NCBI GenBank assembly: GCA_036172245.1
Contig: JAYWIR010000011.1
Coordinates: forward strand, 4,526,001 to 4,590,000
Direction: 5' to 3'
Source of the DNA: Raillietiella orientalis
Lineage: Eukaryota
DNA length: 64,000 bases
The notes beneath the pieces were generated by a model. The model saw only the letters and a list, made by a program, of their open reading frames with translations, searched no databases and was not told the DNA's origin. Each line of letters starts with the position of its first letter. Position 1 is the first letter of the stretch. A program made the position numbers and the translations under genes. Positions 39,201 to 50,550 of the stretch are shown piece by piece.

Positions 39201-42200
39201 AAACTGAAGCACCGGGACCAGTTGCGACTCCAAGCGGCCACTTTCAGCGCTGCTGTTCTTGTGCACAGCAAGCGGTCTTCGAGATGCACTCTTGAAACAG
39301 TTATCTGATTTTGAGATCGCAGGGCACGGATAGGTTGATCGGATGCAAGGCGTTATTCGGCTTGGATCTTTTCCCACTGGGCACTGTCTCCAGCAGACTG
39401 CACTCACTTTGCGACTAGGCTGATGACGACGTTCAGTTGTACACGTTGGGCATGCATGCACGCGGGCTCGGTGTATTGAGTACAGCATAAGAATGAGATG
39501 CTGACGGGAATTCCGAAGCTCACAGGAAAGAACGAAAAGGCTTTGAAAGACGTCAGTAGTTTCACAAAACTGCTCGGAGAGTGCCTCGGTACTCGTCGGC
39601 AATTCGTTCCGGAACTGGAGACGAGTTCCGACAGGGTACCGAGGTGCGACTGTTATATATATATACAAAATATATGTATGTAGTATATATATGTACATAT
39701 AGTTTCTTGTAATTGTTCCGAATATGTATGAAGTTCCAATGTTGCACACATCTTCTCCCGGATGCCTAAAGACTTTTGCATTTCCTTGACATCCATGCTG
39801 AACGGATCGCAGAAGTTCTGAAAGCACTGCTCGTCGGTTCCATCGGTCCTCGGAGATCACTTCTGGCTGAAATTTCGAATCGCATTCCTTAGAGACGAAG
39901 AGGAAAGGAAAAATAAATGCCCTTTTCCTTTTCTCTCCCTCTCTCCCTATACATTATTCAGAACTTACCATTACACAACCACTGTATTACTTCTAAAGTG
40001 CATGGTTGCATAGTTACCGCATGCATCCCTTCCTCATTTCCCAGGGAATGCCCATGTGTGATGACTTATTCAACATCGTAGATTTCCGTGGAGGAGTTCG
40101 GATCGATAATGACATTCGATCTGAAAGAAAATGGCTGTGAAACCCTTGTAACGGGCAGCAACCGCCAAGAATTCGTTGACCTCTATGTAGACTTCTTCTT
40201 GAACACGTCGATTTCTGAGAAATTCCGGGCTTTCTACTTCGGATTCCACAGCGTCTCTGCTTCGAACGCTCTCCTGGTGAGATCCACTTGATTCGTCCTT
40301 CCACGTGGGAGATTCCAGCTGTTCTCTCCGGAGGAAATCGAGACCCTCGTTTGCGGCGAAACGAATTTGGATTTTCAAGAGCTGCGCAAAATGACCGAAT
40401 ACGAAGGATACTCTTCGTCGGACAAAATCATATCGTGAGCCTCTTTCCATTCTTCACGTTGTTGCAGGCGCTTCCCCCCGACGTCCCAAACACTGTGAGG
40501 GCTTGCGAATGCACATGGGAAGAATCATGGCTTGCACTTTGGTACAAGCATCTCGACACACGGGTGCTTTGCAGAATCGCATCGCGCCACAAAGACAGGC
40601 TCGTGAGTCACGTGTAGAAGTAGGCATGTCTGCGTCTGTAAGCGCAGAAAAAACAACAACAACAACAACATCCGAGTCGAGGCTTGCGCTACTCACATTC
40701 TCAGAGGGAAAATGATCTTCTCCTCTGCCAGGAGAACGAATCGCAACGTTCATTTCAACTTGAGGAACCTGGCTGCGTCCTGAATCCCGGCACTCAGAAA
40801 ATACCTCGTTGGCTTCAGGTTTTCCTCGATAGGAATCTCGTCCTTTGAAGGTTAGCGATGGATTTCGACGTCTCCCCACTCCCTTCGTCCTATGGGGCAG
40901 TTGGGTCTCGTGTTTTCGATGTACCTACGATCGTACGAGCACAACGTGTTCCTCGAGTGGGGTGGGGTGGTTTGCTTCGTTCGCTGCGATGGTGTTCGAG
41001 TGTATCTGTGCTTGTTTGCTTCCTGAATCTTCGCGGTTGCCTTCCCTTTCAATTCTTCGTTCCTCAAGTGCGCTTTTGAAAAAGAGTCGAGATGCTACAC
41101 ATGTTGGGAAACGCGTAATGGTCACACAATCAAGGGCACATGGAAAACACGAGACCTCACCACCCGACAGGGTGACAGGAATAAGGACTCCGGGACCCCT
41201 CGAAGCAACCTTACATGTTCACAGTTCTTTCGAATCTTCGATCTATCCTGCCTTTTCCTTTCGATTCTTCCTCTTTTGCTTTGGCTGATGCTGTCCTTTT
41301 CGCAGACACTCTGCAGTCAGCCGTTTCGCTATGCCATTGATGTCCCCGTATCAGCACCAACGGCGTCACTCTGCTTTCCACATAGCGAAATTCACCGACT
41401 GATAGTTAATTAAATTTTGGTCGACATACCGACCATCACGTAACTTCTGGCGGAACATGAATTCTGATTATCGGTAAATGAAACCGATGAGAAATAGTTT
41501 TCGTAGTCACACGTTCACAGCTGTTAACGTAATCACATCAAAGCAATTACAAAGAGCAGCAGATCAAGTGCGCAGCAACGGAAACTGGGTTCAGGGAGAC
41601 TCCGGCCAAGCAAGGGCAGAAGCCGGAACAGACCTACGTCGTCTCTGTGGTCACTTCCCACGAAATCACACCAACGACATGCGATGCCACGGTACCACAC
41701 GAGATGACACGTTAGATCGACGTGTCCGCTAAAAACACTCGGTTTCCATTCTTCGGACACCAAATGCAAAGGTCCAGGTTGCCTTCCAATAGATGCATGC
41801 TGCACGGGAACGCAATCCACGAGGGGACGATTAGCTTCCGGCCAGAGTGGTTTCGCGGACCATTCGTCGTGCTTCTTCGAAGCTCGCTTGGAGCTGGACT
41901 TTGGTTAGCTTAGTTCCAGTCCAGTCAGTGCACTTATATTCCCGTCCATTAGAACAGGTGGCTTTCGAATATGCAGAGGTGACGAAACTGCAAATGCCGA
42001 TACTACTACCTACTTCAAAAACGTATAAACGGTATCGCCAGTCTTTTTTTTAACATGCAAGCAAAAGGAAGTCGGTGAAGGACCGAAGACTACGAGCTGC
42101 GAACCATTACCTACGTGAAGAGCATAAGAATGAGATGCTGACGGGAATTCCGAAGCTCACAGGAAAGAACGAAAAGGCTTTGAAAGACGTCAGTAGTTTC

Positions 42201-44113
42201 ACAAAACTGCTCGGAGAGTGCCTTTGAATCTCAACCCTGAGATCTTTTGCTCGAAAACGCTCACAATTCAAGATCAGAGCATCAACTGATTACAACAGCA
42301 TCATCAGCACTCGTGATGCAAACGATCCACACTCCACCTCGGTGGACCTTCACCTTTCCTCAACACTCAGCTGCGTGCTGCAAACTTGCGAGGAGCAAAC
42401 ACCGGTGTACGCGGGAAACCGGACGAGAGAGGAAACTAAAATCGGAAAAACGATAAACTTTGCTTTCACAGCATCCCCAGAAATCCTCTTGAATGAGAGC
42501 ATTCACAGAACTGGAACACTGTGCTGTGCACGGACGAACGAGGTGGGTGTGCCTCGGAAACAGCGCACAGAATAGGAACCACCGGCCGCAGAAAGTCCAC
42601 TGCGTGGGAGGGCTTGCTCTCTTCTTTTGCCTGTGTAGCTACATTCCCTCTGGCTGCTTCGTTTCAAAGCGAACGGTGCACGAAAGGAAATCAGCCGGAC
42701 CCGCCGATCCGAATTCCCGTTACATTGCGACGGTCCACTGCACAATGACCAAGCAGGTCAAAACGCAACGAGAATTCGGATCGGTAAGTCGGGAAGTACA
42801 AAGATCCTCGGACATGGGACGCTTCATTCCTTTTGGGAAAAGAATTTTCTCCGTGTCGTGATCGACCGATTTCGTGATTTTGACAACTCTGCAAAATGGT
42901 TTTGCTGGGCTGCTTGCCCACGTCACGACCTTTCGTCTCCGTACGCCTACCATGTGAAGGATTACTGACCAAGGCAAAGAGCAAATGGACAAGGCACAGC
43001 AAGAGATTAGCAGTCTAATCGAAGGAGCAAAACGGGGCGGCCTACCCGCTAGGGCCAAAGCCCTCGAAACATGGACCAACGGCAATGAAAAGGCAGTCAA
43101 GAGCTTATCAAGAAATCAGACGCGAGCCTTCGCACGACGGTGCATAGGGCTTCCTGTGTCAAACGGGTCATTCCCGCCTTCGGCATGCAGGGCGAAAACT
43201 GAACCGAAAGTTGGAATTATTTACTCGAGGTTCATACAAGCTTCTGTGGGAAATGCTTCACATTAGCGATAGGTCTGCCGGAAACAAATGACCCCAGGTC
43301 CCAATCAAGTAAAAAACTTCAAAGTATGGCAACAGGACAAACAGTTCATTCGCTTCCTGGTGCGCATCCTATACATCAGAAAAAAACAGCAAGGTCTCTG
43401 CATATTCAAAACACAGCTGGTAGATAGGGTAAAGAAGGAATTTTTTCCCCCATTTGTCAACAGTTGGAATGAAACATCAGCTTTTTTCAATACATTAGCG
43501 ATAACAAACACCAATACCTACACTGATAACGTAAGAATGCAAGCCCAAGAGTCAACATAGTCATTTACATAACATTTAAATGAATAAGGCAATTAAAGGC
43601 AAAAACCACTGAAGCATGTTACACTCATCAGTCTCAACTTGTGATCCAAGTTCTCCAGGCAGAATTTAGCAAACAAATAAAACATTTGCCAGTCAAATAC
43701 AGCACACCCATTTCCAGAAAGACTAGCACATCTTCTCCAGTCATGAGAACCAACATACACCAGAAAAGCACAATTCAAACATTTTCTGTCTTTGGAAATG
43801 TTACATTAATAACTGATCAAAAGCAAAGCCAAAGTTGTGTTATATTTCTAGACATCTCTGGACTACTTTAGACTCATTTCCAACTGAAATGAAAAAGAAA
43901 TTTTTAAGATTTGTGACTGGAAGTGACTGCATTCCTGTGGAGGGGATGTCCACTATGGTACTGAAAATAAGTCGTTCCTCCAGACAGGAATTCTTACCCC
44001 AGGCACAAACATGCTTTAATCATCTCATCTTGCCTGAGTATGAAAGCATTGAAAAGCTGCAAGAGAAATTAAACTTAGCTTTACAAAATGTCGAAGGTTT
44101 TGGTTTAGAATAA
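30244..44113 (+). CDS. HECTD2: HECT-domain E3 ubiquitin ligase, HECTD2-like (spliced; 5' exons unresolved)
   Basis: Nine GT-AG, phase-consistent exons: 30244-30386, 30437-30621, 30672-30815, 35183-35305, 36365-36625, 36681-36755, 40082-40276, 40319-40434 and 43852-44113. Peptides WIPSAARVLA, FYNSSLDHLELMEEY, FSYCQYPF, LKKKLRVKFEGEPGFDMGGLAKEWF, LVGVLMGLAVYN, GFHSVSASNAL, FVTGSD, LPQAQTCFN (catalytic Cys) and terminal EGFGLE* are colinear with HECTD2 as I recall it. Confidence 0.93.
31141..31350 (+). repeat. Imperfect (AAC/AAT/GAC/AGC)n trinucleotide microsatellite, intronic
   Basis: About 210 bp of degenerate trinucleotide repeat ending in (AAG)n, inside HECT intron 30816-35182. Confidence 0.92.
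31640..32080 (+). mobile_element. Possible decayed L1/Tx1-like RT fragment, intronic
   Basis: GKSRSMRNVQIFRKLVQ resembles VPGRSMDANLPFARTWMQ. The remainder is very degenerate. Confidence 0.35.
32300..34740 (-). mobile_element. Decayed LINE 5' region (ORF1-like + APE endonuclease), probably I/Jockey-like, interrupted by a SINE
   Basis: ORF 32364-32906 has LLLATDLHS (cf. GDFNS) and SSDHRPVFL (APE SDH motif). The strong purine/pyrimidine strand skew continues on both sides of the SINE at 33620-34172. Confidence 0.55.
33620..34172 (-). mobile_element. tRNA-derived SINE-like element (same family), intronic
   Basis: Minus-strand GGGTTCGAATCCCGACCGGGGGAAGGATCGAC head. Body homologous to 13400-13700 and 8000-8350. 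Confidence 0.8.
34745..34905 (+). mobile_element. SINE-like head with two tandem B-boxes
   Basis: GGCCACGTGGTCA (A-box-like), then GGGTTCGAATACTC, then GGGTTCGAGTTCCTCC. Near-identical to 19400-19520 in reverse complement. Confidence 0.82.
37533..38120 (-). mobile_element. tRNA-derived SINE-like element with poly(A) tail, intronic
   Basis: Minus strand has two GGGTTCGAATCTC B-boxes and family body sequence, and ends CTCAGCGAACC followed by an A run. Confidence 0.82.
38255..38560 (+). repeat. Headless SINE-body-like segment with repeated CCCTTCGGG hairpins
   Basis: CCCTTCGGG occurs at about 38261, 38303 and 38373, resembling 8260-8450. Confidence 0.45.
39484..39586 (+). repeat. 103-bp exact direct repeat, copy 1
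   Basis: AGCATAAGAATGAGATG...CTCGGAGAGTGCCT is identical to 42121-42223. Confidence 0.95.
39581..39647. other. 67-nt fold-back hairpin
   Basis: GTGCCTCGGTAC..GTCGG.AATTCGT.TCCGG pairs with CTGGA.ACGAGTT.CCGAC..GTACCGAGGTGC along almost its whole length, allowing G-U pairs. Confidence 0.65.
42121..42223 (+). repeat. 103-bp exact direct repeat, copy 2
   Basis: Identical to 39484-39586. Confidence 0.95.
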
Positions 44114-44159
44114 TACTCAAATGATATTCTGGATTCTAGATGTATTAGCATGTTGAATG

Positions 44160-44165
44160 AATAAA
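44160..44165 (+). promoter_or_regulatory. Putative polyadenylation signal of the HECT gene
   Basis: AATAAA 46 nt after the TAA stop ending at 44113. Confidence 0.55.
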
Positions 44166-44222
44166 GTTGCACCAATTTTATAAAAACTATTTCGTACATA
44201 AAGATATTCAATGTGTCAACTG

Positions 44223-45684
44223 TTAACCAATTGCAGTTGGAGTCAAACAAATTAGATGATTGCTGGCTTCTGCTAATTCACTGATGGAAACACGGCCACG
44301 TTGGTTCACAAAATTTGCTACAGCTTCAAGTTCCTCCATGGAAATGTAAAACACTTTTCCCCTATCATCCATTACTCCTGCAACACAGATATTGGCTGCT
44401 GAAAACACAATAGTCAAATACCTGTCAAAGTGTCTTCACTCAAGAGTTCTTGCAGACGAGTAACAACATCTTGAGCTTTCATTGTAAAATAAGAGGCCAA
44501 CTCTTCTACACCAACAACTTTGTTAGACTACAAACAACACAATTAGGACTATTTTAGAATACATTACTCTAATATATTCCAAGAATTGTTGCAACATATT
44601 TGATTGGTTTTCCCCTTGTTCTGATAAGAAACCTTCTTCTTCAACAGTAAACTGATCCTTTAATTTCATATATTCTTCCATCTGCTTTTTCTCCATTTCT
44701 TCCTTTATTCGTTTCTCCTCTTCTTCTTTCTTTTTCTCTAATTCGATTTGAGCTTGCTCCTCTTTCTGTCTTTGCTTCAGCTGTTGCTCTTCACGCTTTT
44801 TCCGTTCCTCTCTATCCTGGATTTCAGCCTAGCTAAATCTCCTACTTAGTTACATTTTCATGCTTTCAAAATATTGCATACTTCACGTGCAAGTTTTTTT
44901 TCAGCTTTCATTTCCAATTTACGTTTCTTTTTGGCTCCTATATTTTTAACAGACAACTTTGGATCCTTATCCAGTTCATCTTCCGATACAGAATCATCAT
45001 CTTCTGAAGATTCTACTTGGCGACATCTCGCTCTTACTGCTGATACTCTTGTTCCACCAACAATTCTATGTTGTTGCCTTCCAGTGTGCTGCATTGGTTT
45101 CACCTTGGTGCGTGCGCCTATGCACAAACCAGTGATAAAAGCACACTGCTATTCAAATCACAATTGACAATAAAGCAAAAATGTGTTGACTGAAAAATAT
45201 CTTCGGATAACTAATACTGATAGAATGACTGGGACTTTATTTGTCAGCTCCAATTGACATTTAGTTTTACACAGCGGGACTCGAAATTTGTGATCATGAC
45301 TTAAGAACAAGAGATAGTGTTTGATTTTTACCAACGCTAGCTATTATCGAAGTGCACACAGGGGTATTTATGACAGAATCACGTCTTTTGGACATGTAAA
45401 AACTTAACAAATTACTTTACTCACAGGACAATCTTCACCGTTTTCAGCCAAACAATGGTTCTTCCATAAGAAGATAACCACTTAGGAAAAATTTTCAGGT
45501 CGCGATTTAAAAAGAAAATTAATTTCCCTATGAAATATTATTTGTTTTCTTTATAACAAAGCCAATTCAGACGCTTCAGATTACCTTTCCCTCTGTTCTC
45601 CAAACGGGATTTCAAAAATCCCAGCAAAGCAATCACCATGAATAAAAGCACACACAAAATCAAGTAAGTTTCCATTGAGGGCAT
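44223..45684 (-). CDS. DDRGK1: DDRGK domain-containing protein 1 (UFBP1), 285 aa, 5 exons
   Basis: Exons 45684-45585, 45117-44882, 44828-44568, 44527-44422 and 44377-44223 are all GT-AG and phase-consistent (858 nt). The protein has an N-terminal hydrophobic anchor, [16 protein letters not shown], an E/K-rich coil, [25 protein letters not shown] and [18 protein letters not shown]. Confidence 0.96.
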
Positions 45685-46563
45685 CTTACAGGATTACAAC
45701 ATAAATAATAGTTGGCAAATTGTACAAATCATTTCCGCCATAACACACTCATGCACCAGCGAAAAGGCTGCTCCAAGACTGCCAACAATCTCAGCCTTCG
45801 TGAAAATGAAAAAGGAAAAAGAAATCGGTGAAGTGAATCACACAGAGCTATTAAATCTTCGAGATTAATAGAGGCGTATCAATCGAAATTCAATAGAAAA
45901 AAATGCGGTATTTACATATTTTGAAATATCAAGTAAGCACCTAATAAAAGATAACTGAATATTGAATGTATAAAAAAAGTACAACCTGGCTTGGATATCG
46001 AAGCAAGCAAACCAATGAAATTTACTTTTTCCAGCTATCAATATATAGTTTACAACATTGAATGTTTGCATTTTCAAGCATGCAAAGCATTCCACAAGTT
46101 TTCAAAATGAAGTCACACAGAAAACGGGAGAACTAATTAAAACATAGGAAGTTTCACGAAAAATGAAATAAAAAAAAAAAAAAATCAATCGAATCATGTA
46201 CATCAAACGGTTTCCATTCCAAACATTTTGAAGATCTTTTTCTTCTGTTTTCTCAACAAAGATGGTAAGTGAATAAGGGTATTTGTATATGATCAACACA
46301 ATAATAATGGGATCCTAGATGATAACTGCGAAAGAACAGCTGCATAACGATGAAATATCAAAAAATACGAAAACAGAATCATAATTGAATTCTCTGAGAA
46401 TAAACAACTCGAATTACAATAGATGATACGGAGCCTCAACACAATAATTTCTTAATTACAACAAAGTTTTACATCGATTAGGATGCTACATCAGCTTTTT
46501 CAAGAAAGTGCACTAATAGTTCATGTGTGGCTTCTTCGCATACGAAAACAATAAATTGAGTCG

Positions 46564-47442
46564 TTAGAACATTTCATTCCTATAAATTATAGACACAAAC
46601 AAATCTCTTAGATTACAAACTCATTACAGTATAGCATCGAAAAGAACGCAAATTTCGAGAACGTGTTTTGGACGACTTAGAGCAGAACTAGAAACATTTA
46701 AACGACAGGGAACAAATGCCTTTTTATTTTACTCAAAAAAAACAGACACTGTTGTGTGGACAAAGCACAAAGCTCTAAAAATGAGAATTCTTAGATGAGG
46801 ACGTGACCTCAACGAAAGCATGAATTTCTTAAGAAGTCCTGCGAGAAACCTTTCTACTTGAAGCTTGACTCGCCTGCTCACCATACGGAAAGAGCATGTA
46901 GACCAATTTCAAATCAGAAACATAGAATGGCTTTGCTGATTCGCAGATGGATTCGCAAAATGATTTTTCACCGGAATTCATACTCTTATATACTAAACGA
47001 GCAGCATTCCTACGGGGTGATGTGAGAACTTTCGATATTTATCAGGATTTTCATGCTTATCTCTGAGCCCTTTTGACATCCGACTATTAGAAGGAAATAG
47101 GCGAACCGGAAAGTCCACAGAAAAGTTGCTTTACCATTATACTCACAAAGATTTTGGTGAGAAAGAAAGCCGACCTTTCCTTGTTAACATCTCGGAAGGG
47201 AAAAAAGCGGAAACCCACTAATACAAACACTATCAATAAGGTGGAGTTCTTGTCATCAATTTCTAGCAAGATTACATTGGAGACGACAATTAATTCTCTG
47301 TACCTTCTTCACTGACATTTTGGTTTCGAGTACTTTAAGAGGACCGCAAAAATCGAAAATAAGCAGCATTTTTTGGAAACATTGCTGATTGTTCACAAAT
47401 TCATTTGATAGCTGAGTCAATGTATTGTCACTGACTTGAGGG
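46564..47442 (-). CDS. Partial spliced gene, divergent sorting-nexin (SNX13/14/19/25-type, Nexin_C-like) C-terminus
   Basis: Six in-phase GT-AG exons: 47442-47304, 47217-47147, 47009-46882, 46838-46733, 46687-46628 and 46579-46564 (last introns 43, 45 and 48 nt). The product ends VFFDSALSRPKHVLEICVLFDAILNEMF*, resembling the Nexin_C FD.LQ.P...VLLD..I.ELF pattern. Upstream exons are unresolved. Confidence 0.55.
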
Positions 47443-49989
47443 CTTCAAGCAAGAACTTGTGTACGCACTATGACAGATGCATACAAGTCTAGTGAGAAAT
47501 GGCAGAAGACATTTAATACACTTGCAATGCCACTGAGATACCTGATCCTAATAGAAGAGTGGTATCAAATAGAGGTACTTCTACGGCGGATGGTAAGGGA
47601 AGATTAGAGGGGGTGAAAAAAATCTGAATTGTGGATTAACTGTTAATCTAGCATGGAGGAATGATCGAAAGAAGGGAACGAATGAAAAAAATTTCCGAGA
47701 TAATAAGTAGGATGATTGGAAATTTGAATGTTTTTATTATTCTTTTGAAATGGTCAGTCCTACATACGAAGTGAGGTTCATTCGTGAATAGCTACTTTTC
47801 AAATTTTGCAATCGCCTGACCTTTTCGAAGATCGTGGTGGCAGATACATTCGTCAAAGAAATCTCAGGTCGATGTAGACAGCTGCTTCCATAAGATCCAC
47901 TTCCATGATTTCACTGATTTGGGAAGGATTCGGAAATGTGTAATGGATCTCCGTGACATTATGCATGTGTGGACGAGCTGCCTTTAGGAGATTGCATTTG
48001 CCGAGCATGTCTGCAGGAATGGACCAGAGACAGTGATACACTCAGAGAAGAATAGTCGATCAAACGAAAGGCTGTTCGTAGCGCACAAGTGAATTGGCTG
48101 TACGGACGAGCGATTCACCTGAGATGCGATAATATTGGAAGGAACAAGAATACTGGAAAGACCCAATTGATGTGCTACCTGACGTGATGATTGAGAGGCG
48201 ATTGAGCACACATTTCCATGAGCATCCGATTCTTATAATTGTACTGTTAACTTTGTCGGCCTCAGTCCTTTCTCCCGTTGCTGGTCCATTTAATGGTCCA
48301 GTCAGTTGACTCCTGGGATACTTCTTCCAAAAATGACCAGGTTAGCTTTATTGGTAGTCAGTGGCACACACACGAGGGAACATTGATGCGTACAGATTCT
48401 GAGGATAGATTTCAATGCACGCAGGGTATCCACTGGACTGTGAAATGCTGATTCTGCGGCTCGTACCAACTTCATCATTTTCGGAATCTGGAATGATGCT
48501 TTTCGGTGCAGATTTGGCAAACAATATCTTTCGCTGCATTTCGTGTGAATTACCGATTTCCTACTGATCTCCTACTTTGCAGAGAAGCGGGGCCGTGGAG
48601 GAAATACATAGGTGCTCCCAAACAGAAAGCTCACTCTAATGATCTATGGTAAGCGAAGTCATGTAACTTCAGCAAAGTACCACATCTGGAATGTAAATTT
48701 CTAGCTTTGTGAATCTGCCCCTTTCTAAAAGCTTCTTCCACTATGACACCATGCATGCTATTACCACAGAACGGTGGTGGTCGGCTTCGGAAAACCGAAT
48801 TTTGTAAGTAGCAATTTAGCAGCCTGCTAGAATTCCCTGGATAGCAAATCTTGAAACTGTTTCTTTTCTTTTTCTTTTTCATGCAACTAATTTAGTTACT
48901 GTGAGAATACCGCAATATGTGCAGCAAACGAACTTTGGACGTTCATAACTGCTATTACGTGTGTGAGTAAAGTAACAGAGTCTGCTCCCCGGGCTGCGTG
49001 CCATGCTGAAACACATCTCGAATAGGGAGCTCGGGGCGCCGAGAGACCAAGTTCATCCCATCATCATCATGATTTTCGTTAAGTAACAGCAATTTCATTT
49101 TGAAAAAGCGTTTCAATCTCAACTCTTTAGTATGAAGGGACACATAAGAGCAATAGCCCTAGCAACCACACTTGCTGGTAGTTGTACATGCACTGAGGGA
49201 TGTACAGGTCGCAATTCTGCAGGACTGTGGCGCAGATTCAAACATTAGCACGCATACAAGACGGAAAAGATTCGGCTTCCATTCGAACACAGCCATTTGT
49301 TCCACCGTTATTCTATATTCTGATTTCGAGATTTCCCAGATGACAGCCTGGAAATAGAGGTCTGGATTGCAGTCTGAAATGAAGATTTTGCTATTCATGT
49401 TGGTTTCCACGGAACACCGAATGCATTTCCTGCTGCCAGAAAAATGCACACCTCGGAAAGACCTCGGAAGACACTTTCCGAAAAGGAGAAAAAAAATTGG
49501 TCAGGTTGCACGATTCTCGCTGAATTCCACTCTGCTTCGTGTTTGCATCTACTGGAATAATTCCCAAGTAAATCCAGGCATTTCTTCACATGCTGTGAAT
49601 TTAGCCAGATTATTCCGCTCGAACAGAAGTGGCAATATTCCACACCATTGATTTTCAACTTTCGTACATTTTCCTTACTAAGTAACCACTGCCCCGTAGA
49701 TAGATAGGGGTGCGAAGTGTTATCACGCGATTGCGAAATTTCATAAAGATTTCCGGAACTGGAAAGGAAAAAAACACATGGAGCAGATGCGACGAATTGA
49801 GAATGCGGACCTTACATTCCTGGTCTTTTTTCTTTTCGTAGGGGCTTCTGGATACAAGCATAGAATGGAAGTGTTGTAGATACTGGAGGTTCTAGGATCG
49901 CTACGAGTTTTGAAGAAATTGAAATCATTTCTTCAGGGTTACTCTTTGTGAATGGAAACATAAATGCAGCGGATGTTTGTATGCTGCAT

Positions 49990-50550
49990 GGCGTAAGGCC
50001 ACCCCGCACCCGTCCTCGACAGGATGCCGCTGCCAGGGTGGCCTTCCGTCGTTGAGAGAGAGACGCCATCACGGAGCGGGTTGTGCCGACGATGCCGCGG
50101 ATGCAGCATCCGGTCGCGATCGTGGCTTTTGCTGTGGGCTCGCCTTGCACGGAAACTCTCTGCAGCATGTCCCACGGAAGAGAAGTGGAGGAGGTGCTTC
50201 TGATGAAGTGCCGGGGACGAGGGTGCCCGCCGAATGTCCGCGAGAGCGCTGCACACCAACACGAGCTTGGGGATGCATCTCCCTATGCAAGCGAGCAGTG
50301 TGCACTGATTGCAGCGGAATTCCGCGTGCAGCAAACGCGTGCAAACATCCTGTTTGCACATGGAGGCGTCCGAGAGACTGGAGCTCCTCGGCAGGAACCT
50401 GGTTACGGTTGTAGAGAGGTACAATGAATCCAAGGAACGCGGTCGCCACCCGAATTTCGGAGCGGCCTTCAGTGGTAGAAGATGCAGTGTGGAAAGAGGG
50501 TTTGGGGTCACCGGTGATGCGGTCGCAGTCGACTTTCGAGAATGATTGGA
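49990..50550 (+). mobile_element. Decayed L1/Tx1-like RT fragment (host of the adjacent insertion)
   Basis: ASERLELLG and GDAVAVDFRE parallel WAERLGRV and ALAVAVDLRK. The fragment is cut by the 3' end of the minus element at 50551. Confidence 0.55.

Noticed and set aside
38703..39860. 385-aa minus-strand ORF
   Set aside because: It runs through TA repeats, an A/T homopolymer and the 103-bp repeat, lies antisense within an intron, and has no motifs.
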